A DNA stretch of 61,277 nucleotides, filler included, from Phoronis australis (taxonomy: Eukaryota; Animalia; Phoronida), in NCBI GenBank assembly GCA_002633005.1. It is 4 parts of 4 records of this genome, joined end to end, with 100 filler letters (N's around TTAATTAATTAA, not from the genome) between each part and the next. Parts side by side here need not be neighbours in the genome. Positions count along the whole stretch, not along the records: positions 26,519 to 55,445 come from NMRA01000093.1; positions 55,546 to 59,064 come from NMRA01002973.1; positions 59,165 to 61,277 come from NMRA01002377.1; 1 more part is not named here. One strand, written 5' to 3'. Position 1 is the stretch's first letter. Every line of letters starts with the position of its first letter. Of this stretch, positions 49,588-61,277 are shown piece after piece. The notes beneath the pieces are model-generated. The model made no database searches, had not been told where the DNA came from, and saw only the letters and a program-made list of their open reading frames with translations. A program made the translations under genes and the position numbers.

Positions 49588-51872
49588 AACTAACGTAAGG
49601 ACACGAAAAATACGTGCGAACTGCTGTAATTTACAGTGTATATTGAATTTGTTATTGCAAACCAGCCAACCCAATACCTAATCAATACACGAACTCTTCT
49701 AAACCACCTAAGAGAGAAACACTCCACAGAAAGGGTTATGTTACCTGAATGGTCAACTCGATATTAACAAATGAAACTGTGAATAAAATCTACCAAAAAT
49801 GCATTTTATTGCGTACTTGTCAATTAAAGTGACAATGAATACTTTTTTCACTAGTAACTGATCTTCAGGAAAGCTATTCGCAAAACGTGTTTCGTTAGAA
49901 AAAAATGGGTGTGAAAACGAATTCTGGTTTGTGACAAAGTTCGTGAAACAAGAACGGTATTATTAATCACGCAATTGTGGCTCACGCGGAAGGAAGACTA
50001 GTTAACCTGAAACTTTTTATTTTGGAACTTGGCACTCAGAAGTGCTTTAATTTATTTGAACGTTGCTGTAGGGCAGAGGTCAAAATACCTCTTGAATGAA
50101 TTAGTTGTGTTTTTGGTTTTTGTATCTATTGGCGTATTCGTGAAATTTTCCAACTTTGACACCTGGGATTGGAAACTAAGCGTGCGTGAACCTGATCCAT
50201 TTAGTAAAGTTACCACTTCTGAGTTCAACTTGATGGAATATCGATTCTATTGGAAATCAAGATTCATGGATTAAATATTTAGCCGACTAACCAAATCAAG
50301 CAACAACCCAGAGGAAAAAATGTTTTGTTTGTATTTGATTGATTAGTAAGAATAGTAGCCATCAATGTACTTAAAAACATAATCAATACTACCAACATAA
50401 ACGTGTACCACTCTACCGATAATTGGTTGCATACATACCCATTAATGACGCCTTCCTGCAGGCGCGGTGATCGACAAAGTCATAGAAATATCGATTCAAG
50501 AGCATAAGAGAGTCGTTTTATCTATATGGCGATCTGATTGATTGAACACAGCTATCCAACAGTGATATCGAAGTCAGGAACATCGTCTCTGGTTGTTTTG
50601 GCGATTAATTGTGTTTTGGTGTTAAAGCAAATTTTAGACATGAGAAGGTTTGAACATAAACTGTGTCAGTAAATAAGATCTGTGTGCAACTTTTGTGTCT
50701 GTGGAATACGGAAAATTAAGTCACTGAAAAAATCGTAATATTGCGTCGTACCGGTGCTGGTTTAATCGTCTAATACCCCCATATGTATGCAGAGATTCTC
50801 GCGAAAGAACTCGAGCCCTGAAATGCCAACTCTCGCACGACCTACATGTATGTAGTCTATTATTAGAGCTTGCAATCCCGCGACTACCCGCAAGAGCTTG
50901 CACTGAGAATTTCCGGCTGCCTGCTCGACTGAGTTTTGATCGTGAGTTGTTGTTATCAAATCAAGCCTAATTTCATTGATTCATTTTCATTTTGTTATTA
51001 TGTTTCATCAAGCGAGACTCTTGAGGTACGGTTTCATACAATCAGTGATTTCTGGGCAAAAGTAGTCAACAAAAACGACAATTACAATAACCATTCCTTA
51101 TAAGCACTGACCTGTGGCCCTGGGTAGATGCCGGGAGCAGTTTGGCCTCTGATATCGGACTGTCCCACTTTTTTGATTTTTTTCGCCATCTCGCCACACC
51201 ATCTGACACACGGCCAAATTGACATATTATCATACACTATTGTGATTTTCCGCGCGACATAACCGTTATTTTCCCGCTCTACTAAAAAAATGGGACATTT
51301 CATGGATATTTACAGCACCTGCAATTTCCCATTCAACTATAAGAACAATAACAAAAAGTCACCGTCGGACACTTTTGGATGTTACATCTCCCGTTCAATA
51401 AATAACGCTGTCGTTACGTGCTTGTGTGTTGCAACGTACATTTCACCCATGTGATTTGGCTTAGACCCAGATGTCCCGCTTTTTATCCTGAAGTTCCGCT
51501 ATTCAATCCAGTTGTTTCAGGGATTTTTGGGGGCAGAAAAAATTTTTGACTCCAATTTCAAAAATTCTTTCCCAGATGGACGAAGAATGCCGAGAAACTA
51601 AGGCCCACCAAGTTTGAATTCGACTGGGTCATTAAAAAGGTCAACGGCAAGATCAAAGTTGAAAGACGTCAATTTTAGACCTTTTCCCGCCTAAAAACTT
51701 TTTGACTGGGATTTCAAAACTTATTTCATTGTTAGATAGCCCTTTACTTACTGACTCCATAAACGTAAGTCGCCACTTCTGGTGAACCCTAATAAGGTCA
51801 CGGCACAGGATTAAAGTTGGAAAATTGGGAGGAGTCTGTGACGTTGACCTTAAACCTTGACCACGAACGAGC

Positions 51873-53164
51873 ATGCCACCCAAAAAACAACCTAATTTGT
51901 ATCAATTTAGATCGAGTAGTTCTACTCCACAACGACACGTACGGTTGCGTTACCTGACACCTGACGGCAGACGGAGGTGTTGAAATTATCCAATGACGTC
52001 ATCGGTTTCACACGCAGTCTGTTCAGCAGTTCACAACAAGGGTTACTGGTATCAGCTTATCGCATGAATTCATCGTTTAACACCAATAAATCATCAAACT
52101 TCGATGTAAAACCCTTAAAAATACACCGAGTTGTTATAAAAACGTGTTGTTTTATTTTGCTCTTACGGATTTATTAGTATTTGGACACACCGTAGCCTAC
52201 AAAGTTCGGTAGGCCAATAAGGTCGGTAGCAGGAGTTTGGGGTCTGTTTGGAGATCATTTCGAAGTATTTTCCGTGAGATACAGACAGGAGAACCTAGAC
52301 CTGTGTTGTTTAGACTTGATTTTTTGAGTTCTAAACACAAAACGCTAGTTATCCTGGCCAGAAGCTCGGAGCCCAATCAGGCCCGTTTCGGCCGGCCAGA
52401 TTGGCTCAATATCCCGGCCAGTAGCTCGGAAACTGATCAGACATCACGAACATGAACCAGCCAACGTTCAATGGAAACTAAACTTCCAGTCAAGAAAATA
52501 CTATAATAGTGAGCAAAAGTAATTTGCACCTGATTATGTTGATGAATTAGCCACGAAACTGTGCAAATCTACTGACTCGTCGGGGGCCGCGACTTTAGGT
52601 TCCGCTTTGGCCACAACACCGTCAGGGCAGAAGTTGTACATTGACAATCATTATTTGAGTAATGTAAATGTAAATAAAGATTCCCCTAACACCTGGCCGT
52701 GGGATGGAAATCGAGTTGTTTCACAACAGTTTCTGCCAGCAAACACTAAATTAGCCGCATGAGCTCACACGGCCTCGGTGTCCCGTCAAGTAGTTTCATT
52801 GCACCTAAAGTCGGTAACGCAGTGATTTATTCATTGCTGGCTTCTCAAATAATTTGCATTCACGAACACTCCAAAGGCATTACAAATTGCATCTAATGAG
52901 ATAGACTTTGTTTCAGTTTTATATAAGTACTGGTTAGGGTGAGAATAATTGATTTTGAAACAGAACGCTCAGTAATAAACGCCAACATGGCAACTCGCAA
53001 TCCCGACTTAGGGACGAGCTAGAGCTTATCAGTCCCGACTTCGCAGGTGGATCGTTACGTTTTACAGGCAATCAATTCGAACAGGAATACAGTGATGGAG
53101 AAATACTAGAGAGGCGCCGTGAACAAGCTCAGACAACGGAACGTATGGAGTTATTTGGTAAACA
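51873..53164 (+). mobile_element. Second, truncated copy of the Kolobok-like element
   Basis: Collinear with 44544-45811, with scattered substitutions and indels. Interrupted at 53165 by the 195-bp repeat. Confidence 0.8.
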
Positions 53165-53359
53165 GGTGTCGCGTGAAATTTCTTCCCCGTGAAATTTCTT
53201 CCCAAATGAAGACGGCAAAGCACAGCTGTAAAATAAGCCTAAAAATATAAATTCACTACGTGTGTGATAATGTAACGATTTTAGTCAATTGCCATTGTTA
53301 TGTTAGACATTGGTAAATGAATTATAATTAGATTTACTTCAATTCAGTCGCCGGTCAGT
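53165..53359 (+). repeat. Second copy of the 195-bp dispersed repeat
   Basis: Nearly identical to 26027-26221; I see one substitution (CTATA/CTGTA). Confidence 0.85.
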
Positions 53360-56300
53360 TGGCTTGCGCACATATGGCCTATACTTTGCGGGTTGTGATC
53401 ATGCTTTCGTTTGTTTTATTGTACTCTGTAAACTGCATTATGAGCTAACATTACTTATGTTAATAAACCTGTCACCCTCTATCTCGCTCTCTGTGTCTCT
53501 TTCTCTCCACTTGTGGGGAGGAATCCCGTTAGCTAGGTAGGATCGTGCCCCTGCTGCCGTGGAGTGCATCCGCCGGACCGGGGAGTCCTCTTTTGAAAGG
53601 CAAATTAGTAAAAAGCTCTTTCAAAAAGTGACATTCTGTAGACTATATTCTTATAATTGATTCATAAGATTAAAATATTTCTGAATTTCATTTCCTGGCC
53701 TGGGCGTCGCCCGACCTTAGGCCCGTCGCGGTGAAGACGCTCTTCGTCGTCACTCGGATCTGAGTGTTCTTTTTCGCTTGTACTGAATTTCCTTCAAGAA
53801 TATGTTAGAAATACTCGAATGGGTGAAAATACTCGGTTGGGTATATTCCCAGTAAGGCATTATCATCTGTTGTGGTACGTAATAAGTTAAAATCATAATA
53901 GACGCCCATCTGTATGACCGAAGGCGATGATCCCGGAGAAAAAAGGTGTCCTGTGTGAAATAGCGTTCCTACATAGTCAAACGCATCTTTCAGAAAAGTC
54001 TTACAAAAATGTACACTAAAAGAAAACACAGAAATTGGAAACCTTTTTTTTCCAGGAAATTCAGTTCATAAGATTCGGAAAAAGGGAAATTTTCAAAATC
54101 GGTTTAGGAAAGCTCCAGCAAGCGAACTAATTAGCGAGAATCAGGAAACGTATTAAAAACTCTAAGATCATTTTACACAATCACACGCCGTGGGAAAAAT
54201 GGACCATCACAGCTACAATGGGTAAAAACTGTAGTAAAATATTTACACTTTCTTGCTAAGGAAATTGAATTCGCAGATTACAAATCTTTGAATGCGCCCT
54301 GAGCGCGTGGAGCGCTCCGAAAATGAAGCCGGAGATCAATCCTTGATAAACAAGACTATTTTAGTCTTTTACATTCCGTAGTGTTGTATATCAAGGAACT
54401 TGCAAATATATGTGTAGTAGGAATTACTTACTTCATGCGGGAACAAGACGAACGAGTATCCTGCGGGAATTGAAATAAGGTGTACATCAAACCATATAAC
54501 AAACAGTTTTCAATTCGTAGGCCTATCAAAAATGTCTTGACAATTCGCAAAAACTAAAAATGTCCAAGAAAATTATTTCTTGACCAAAGAAATTGAAGGC
54601 CTTGGTATCTTTAGCGAAACTTGAGAATACAGTGCCCTATTTTTGATTAAACGTTTTTGAAAAATCGCAAAAATGTTAAACTGAAAATAATTCAAGGTAC
54701 TCGAAATGCGATTTTATTCTGGCTGGCACCAGAAAGACTGGAACTGACGCTTGTTTTTTTTTATACAACGAAGGCACAGGGGCCTACTCTTTACGTATAT
54801 GCGGGTGTGTGTGAGAGTGTATATTTTAACACTGCACTATTACAGTTACAGACCCCTAAATTAGTGATATTCCATCGATTTTGGCTTAATATTTAATGTT
54901 TCCCACTTATTTTGGGGTTACCAATCCAGTTTAAACATGTCCTTCAAGGAATTATCTCAGTGCATTGTAAAAATAACTGATTTTTCTATAGCCCGGAATT
55001 CTTTGTAGGCCCATAAACGAAACGGACCTTACCTAGAAATGTTGTGGGACATAACTGAAGTTGATGAATTATTACAACCTCAATTTTCTGTGTGGAGGTT
55101 AACTTGATTCGCCAAAGAATCCCAATCAAAAATTTTTATGATCTATAAGTTTATTGGTTAGCAGTGAAACATGCTCAGACAAGTTTTCATTTATTGAGAA
55201 GTCAGTAAATATTTTACAAGAAAACAGGTGTTCTATAACTTGATAAAATATGAAAGCCAAAAACCTAGCATAAATGGAGCCACAGCTAGAATTCGTAAAC
55301 ATTTTTGTACAAACTTAGACCAAAATCGCTTTCAAAATCTTCAATTTTTAGAGCTCATCTACGAAAGTTGGTACAGTACATATTCATAATGTCTAACTCT
55401 TGGAGACAAAACACATGGTATTTAACTTGGTTAACTGTGAGAAGCNNNNNNNNNNNNNNNNNNNNNNNNNNNNNNNNNNNNNNNNNNNNTTAATTAATTA
55501 ANNNNNNNNNNNNNNNNNNNNNNNNNNNNNNNNNNNNNNNNNNNNCTGATTGATATCAGCTGACTGACGTCTTATTATTTCTCACTGACTCGGAGTTGCA
55601 CAGCCGCGGACACACAACTGAACTTCACACAGACTGTAATACCACACGTAAAGTGCGAGGTCGCTGTAAAAGGTTTCTCGATTGGTTAGATTTGCATAAC
55701 CCACTCATTGTTACAATTACGAATCTTGTTAAAAACGCCACGTAATGTCTTCAGGATTTGTGTGACAGCGAGCTTCTGTTGTGTACATCTCTCATCTCTC
55801 AGTTTGTCAGTCAGTATGTCGAAAATATCAAGTTAGTCAATAACTCGCACAGTCATCAGCAGATATGTACTGCTTCGGTCGTTTTCAATGGATTTAGTTA
55901 ATGAGAGTATTAGCCTAGTCGATGGCATCATTAATTATCCATACATTTTTCAATCGTTGATCGATACTACAACATTACGTGTATTTTTATTCAAATACCT
56001 TTAGTAGCCATCCAGCAAGCTTAATCATGATAACATTCTTTCAAGACTTATATATTTTATATCGTTGCCATGGTGACTGTTAAAAATCGATTGCGAATGA
56101 ATACTGTTTAGCTCAACTTAATTTAAATCACTTAGAAGGCTATAGTAACTGTACTCGGGCAGAAAGCGGCTTACATAATTCAATACATGGAAAATATTCT
56201 AAAAGCGTAGGCAGCGCTGACCATTTACGTTCCTCCGAAACATAAAGAGCAACTTCTGCTTTTCGAGGTGAAAGTCGTCGGCAACGCCGTGGTAAGAAAT

Positions 56301-56919
56301 TTGCCGCTCTTTGAAGTTAAAGAGTAAGATTAATTTTCTGTAAACCATGAAGGAAAATAAGAAACAGACCTTGAGAATGCATTTCCATGTAAATACAAGA
56401 AGACAGGTAAGCCTGTTGAACAGAACAACGGACGGGTACTTTAGGCGGTGTCATTGTAAATAAGTTTCCTTAGTAAATAAGTCTCCCAATAAGTAGAATT
56501 TCTCTGACGCGGTACACCTTTATCGAAATCAATGCCTTGCTATTAAATGTTTGTTTTTTTTTCTAAACTTTAGTTAGCTGGGGGCTATAGCCCCCACTTT
56601 TTCCAGTGCTACACCGCACATGGTCTATAGGCGGTGTACCACAGGGGGCCTGAGGGGGCTTTAGCCCCCACTTTTTTCATTGCTGTGCCGCCCATGTCGT
56701 GTCATTACTTTTGTAGACGGAGGAATGTACTCAGTATCTTGTCATTTTTCAAACGTTCAGTGTTTTTGGGGCATAAAATTCGGATCCGTCTCAGTCAACG
56801 CGGTTGTCTGAAATAGGTTATGTCTGATCTCCGCACGAAAACCCGACCGAGTTCCGTAAAGAAACTTGCACGAAGGTAACATCACGCAAAACTGAAACCA
56901 CGAGATATCACAAACAGAT

Positions 56920-57194
56920 CTTGCCAGTGTCTTGGGTCTGCTATGGAACTCTTTTTTCGATTTCCTGGAGAGCACACAATGCTTCGGAAGTGGTTCGCGG
57001 TAGTGAAGAATGAAAAGTACGCCGTAATACCAATCAAGTTTGAGGCCGTGAAACTGCTCCGGTGTCTGTGGCCGGCATTTCGTCTACAGTGATTTCACTG
57101 ACGATCGAATGCCGGGTTACCAAACTGCTCATGTCAGGGCAGAAAAAGAGACTGAGGATGAAGTCAGATATTGTGCCTAGTGTGTTTGCGTTCG
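56920..57194 (+). pseudogene. Decayed THAP zinc-finger domain (transposon-derived)
   Basis: With two frameshifts it reads FFRFPGEHTMLRKWFAVVK ... VCGRHFVYSDFT ... KRLRMKSDIVPSVF, the THAP FxFP..W..C..HF..(A)VPxxF signature. It ends at a GTAGGT donor-like site. Confidence 0.75.
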
Positions 57195-57557
57195 GTAGGT
57201 AGGGGACAAAACAACGCAGACCGGTTGTTGCTCAGTTTTTGATTATGGAGAATTGTAGCTGGCCATGGGAACATAAACAATTACAGTTAATTCAAGGCAT
57301 GATAACATAACATTTTTATAACCTGTTTGATGACTTACTCGNNNNNNNNNNNNNNNNNNNNNNNNNNNNNNNNNNNNNNNNNNNNNNNNNNNNNNNNNNN
57401 NNNNNNNNNNNNNNNNNNNNNNNNNNNNNNNNNNNNNNNNNNNNNNNNNNNNNNNNNNNNNNNNNNNNNNNNNNNNNNNNNNNNNNNNNNNNNNNNGAAA
57501 AAAGGCAAAAAAAAAACACGGAGAACGTGTCAAACAGGAAAAAAATACACGAAACAA

Positions 57558-57616
57558 AGAATCGAACTCACGACCTGGCGCATAGCGCGCGCGTACGTTA
57601 CCACTACACCACCACG
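57558..57616 (-). mobile_element. tRNA-like Pol III head (A box + B box), probably SINE- or TE-derived
   Basis: Minus strand GTGGTGTAGTGGTAACG...CAGGTCGTGAGTTCGATTC contains A box TGGTGTAGTGG and B box GAGTTCGATTC. No convincing acceptor stem. Confidence 0.5.
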
Positions 57617-59529
57617 ATTTAACTACAAGTTTCATACTAAAATACTTACTTGTTTATGGGCCACAGCGTTTGCGCGCGAAACCTACTTCTTTTTGTACTG
57701 CTTATTACACGTTTTATATTTTGTGCCATCAATTCTTAACAAATTTGTCGTATTTGAAATAGTCTTCAAATGCCCAAAAGACCAAATCCATTTTTCGTGT
57801 TGGCAATAATGACGGGATTGCTTTGGAAACCGTCTCAAGATAAGGTTTGACAAAGAGAGTATTGCGAGTTTCTGAGTGATTCACTAAGGCTTCGATTAAA
57901 ATTCACATCTTACCAGCAGCTTCTGTTTTTTCATCGTCACTCAGGTTCCATTTTCTTTAAAAAATGAAGTAAATTTTCTTCATTGCACAGTGGAGCAGAC
58001 GACGGAAACGGAGTCGTAGTGCACAGCGCCGCTGCCGGTCGCCTAGGATATCGCGGGAGATTCTATACTTAGCCATACTTCCGTTACGAACGCGCCGTGT
58101 TCCGAATTTGACATTTGAAATTGGATTTGAGCCCCCCCCCCAACACTAAAACTGCACACATTTAAATCTTTTTTCATCCGTATAATTTTAATTACCGGGG
58201 TTAATTAATAAACTCACCATTTCCCTACGCTCTTACTGTTTTATTTTTTTTTCGGCAGCCAAGGGGGGGGGGGCCGGGCCCCCTGGGCTCCCGCCCCCTA
58301 AATCCGCCTACGATATCTATGCTTCTCCAAGAAGGCGTTTCACTTGCGGAATTTCGTGGCAGCAAACGCAAGAGTCAGTTATTTTCATTTTCGTGCAGTT
58401 AGCATGCTGACACCATGACAAATCATTCAAACGGTTTTCGGAACTATCCATTTGTTCCGTTGTCTATGCACGTTCACGACGCCTCTCTTGTATTTCTTGA
58501 TCTTCTATCGAATTGATAGCTTGTGAAACCTAACGATCGACCTATGAAGTCTTTGTCGTATGAGCACTCGTCTAAGTCGGGATTGCGAGTTGCCACGGTT
58601 GACGTTTATTATTGTGCGTTCTGTTTCAAAAATGAATTATTATCACCCTCACCAATGCTGAAACAAAAATGCAATAAACTATTGACAGGGCACATTCATA
58701 CCGTGAATAATACGCTTACAAGGAAGTCACGCATTTCTAAAGATATGCGGGAATTTTCACCGCTCGTCCGTCTGAGCGGCTTGTACCGTGATAAAAGAGA
58801 GTGCGACGCCGGAATCAGGTACAGTTGTGATGACCGCATTGCCCGATGCGAGCCAGACCCAATTAAATATAATTATCCGACCATAAACTGTATTAAACAT
58901 CTCTGACTGTACATAATGGCGAATTTTCAAAATACATTAACTACTTATTTTCGTTATAAACGGACACCACGACGGTATTCAGCTGGAAAAAAAAAACAAC
59001 CAAGTACGGTTTTCGATTTTTAAAATCGATAAACTAATAATCTAAAAACTACAACCATTGGGTANNNNNNNNNNNNNNNNNNNNNNNNNNNNNNNNNNNN
59101 NNNNNNNNTTAATTAATTAANNNNNNNNNNNNNNNNNNNNNNNNNNNNNNNNNNNNNNNNNNNNAAATCCAGAGGGCGTTAAGCTAGGCACCTGAAACCT
59201 CTGCTTGACCTCTTGTGTGACGACTAGTATCCCTTTATGCCTGTCCACTGTCTGTCCCCATCTTGTCATTATCCTACGAATCCCTGCCTGAACTATATCA
59301 AGTCCTTCCTGTGTTCAAACAAATCTTATGTTTTACAGGATTACCGGCCACTGAATCGATTTTTAAGAACTCGTCTAGTATTGGTTATAAATATTTTTGT
59401 CTTAGTCAGTTGTAAGTTATTTCGAATATTATTCCAAGATAAATGGAGGGAATAAAAACGAGATCGTAGGTGTGTGTTGTTCTGCTTTCTTGAGGCTACC
59501 TCAGGACTGTTCCTCATGGTGGTACCTCA

Positions 59530-59570
59530 GGGGTGTGCCTTAGGGGTGTGCCTTAGGGGTGTGCCTTAGG
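59530..59570. repeat. 13-bp tandem repeat x3
   Basis: GGGGTGTGCCTTA repeated three times. Confidence 0.8.
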
Positions 59571-61277
59571 TTAATTTGTTTGTTTTTTAGTGGTTGCTAC
59601 TTCTTGGGATGAGCTTAATTGCACTTTTGAACAATTTCCGCTGTGGTTTCTATGATTAGGAATATGACTTAAAAAAAACAAACAAACTGGTGATGTATTG
59701 TCCATGTTTAAAAATTACCAAGTAAAGGATTAGAACGTTTTTCTATTGGTGGCGCATGGTAAAACTCACGGGTTGTGTCACAGTAAAGCAGTAGTCTCAA
59801 GCTTGCCCTAGGTAAAATCTTAAAAACTGATGGAAAACTTGACGTATCTAATGTTTTACTGACCTCGTCACTTGTTGCAACTCTGGTTTGCAACAAAAAC
59901 ATTGGCAAAAGAATTATCTGTCACTATACCTATAGTTGTAATCCACTCCAGTAAAACCGTGAATTAAATGTGTATTTAATGTAGTAACACCAAGGAACAA
60001 AATACGTTAATGACTTATTTGTTTCAAATTTCAAATGTATATTTAAATATACGTACTGAAGCTACATGAAAACTAACATTGAAGTTCCGGTAAACCTTTT
60101 ACTTTGAATGTTTTATAATTCCCCTTCAAGTGCTAAAAAACACCATTTCCCTTATTTTGACAATTTACTGTGTTCACTTGTCAGGACCATTAGTCAATTA
60201 TAGCACTGCATAGTCACAACCATGAATTCTGAATGTTTCAAAAGCGAAAAAATAGAAGAAAAACGAAAATTTATGAGCTCCACAGACGTGAGTGTGACGT
60301 AAGCACATACCCAGCGCCGGTATGTCACGTCCAATAACACGACGCGAGTTTCTTGTACAAATTCAGTTGTGCTATCTGCGCTTTTCTGATGCCCTGAAAA
60401 AAGTGAAACAGAAAGGAGCCCCAGCGTGGTCAAGTACTAAGATGTCACAGCCACCACAAACTCAGTGCTTCGCCATTTTTATTGTACCATTTACCATGGG
60501 GAAACAGGCAGCAATATCTGACTTTCCTACTGAACACAATATGAGATGTGACGTTCCGAATGTAGTCAAATTTTTCTAGAGTCCCACATAATAACCTTAT
60601 CAGACCACCCACTCCTGCGTTCGTAAAGGTTCGTGATATATGCTCGGCCGCGTACATGTATCCTGATGGCGCGTCGTGAATTTTGCTCGCCGGAGTAAAA
60701 TACGCCCGTACGGCGCGTTGGAAAATTGCATTTATGATCGTACTAGTAATGTACGAACGTAGGCAACAGTTAAAATAATCATCAGCCAAAGATAGTAACC
60801 AACATTTTTGTTAGCAGTAATATACCCAGCAAGACTATTTTTGTGACTTCACCGTCACCACCCACCATCATTCGGCTGTGATGGAGCATTAAATAACCAG
60901 GCTTCGCGAGTCGACGGAGGAAGGGGGCGCAAAGAAGGTTTTAACCAGGATGGGAGGTAGTCAGACGATATATGTGTGTGCGCGTGTGCGTGCGTGTGTG
61001 TACCAAAGTCGGCGAAACACCCGTATCCATAGCAAACTGAAGGCAACAAGTGGCTCATGGCACGTACTACTGCAAGTCAGTCACGGGCAGAGAATACTTA
61101 AGTAGAGAACGTAGAAAATAAATCTGAAACTAACTTAAAGTGAGGCGATCCAGATCCTCCCAAGGATACTATTGTTTCACGAAATGTAGAATATAAATCA
61201 GTGGCGGATCTAGGATATCACAAGGGGGGGGGCCCAACATTTTGTCCGGCTGGAAGCATTTGCGCAAACTGAACCAC

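Noticed and set aside
49588-49674. N-terminal extension of the 183-aa ORF 49123-49674
   Set aside because: It starts at a non-ATG codon. The ATG at 49587 directly precedes a signal-peptide-like stretch, and the ORF tail beyond the 49260 donor is intronic.
57558-57620. Functional tRNA gene
   Set aside because: A and B boxes are present but I cannot fold acceptor and anticodon stems, so it was treated as TE-derived.

Overview
This is AT-rich, intron-rich, repeat-rich eukaryotic DNA from an invertebrate animal draft scaffold. The repeat types and the PAN-domain gene suggest a lophotrochozoan such as a mollusc, but the species cannot be determined here. Three spliced protein-coding genes can be rebuilt by hand with consistent GT-AG sites and phases. 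(1) PCNP on the minus strand, whose 3' end runs off the left edge. (2) MRPL21 on the plus strand, head-to-head with PCNP (190 bp between ATGs); its exons 2-4 appear twice in a ~4-5 kb tandem duplication that is most likely two uncollapsed haplotypes, one carrying a recent LINE insertion. (3) A 5-exon minus-strand gene for a 307-aa secreted protein with a PAN/apple-like domain and a Trp-rich C-terminal domain of unknown function. The rest is mostly transposable-element material: two LINE relics, tRNA-derived SINEs, hAT, PIF/Harbinger, Kolobok-like and Tc1/mariner-like elements, a THAP relic, minisatellites, and gaps with artificial TTAATTAATTAA linkers. I found no CRISPR array, rRNA, intact tRNA or prokaryote-type system, and no clearly new multi-gene system. 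The best leads are the PAN plus unknown-domain protein, the MRPL21 exon duplication, a repeat carrying CTCF-like motifs at ~150 bp spacing, and a minisatellite that amplifies a SINE A box.
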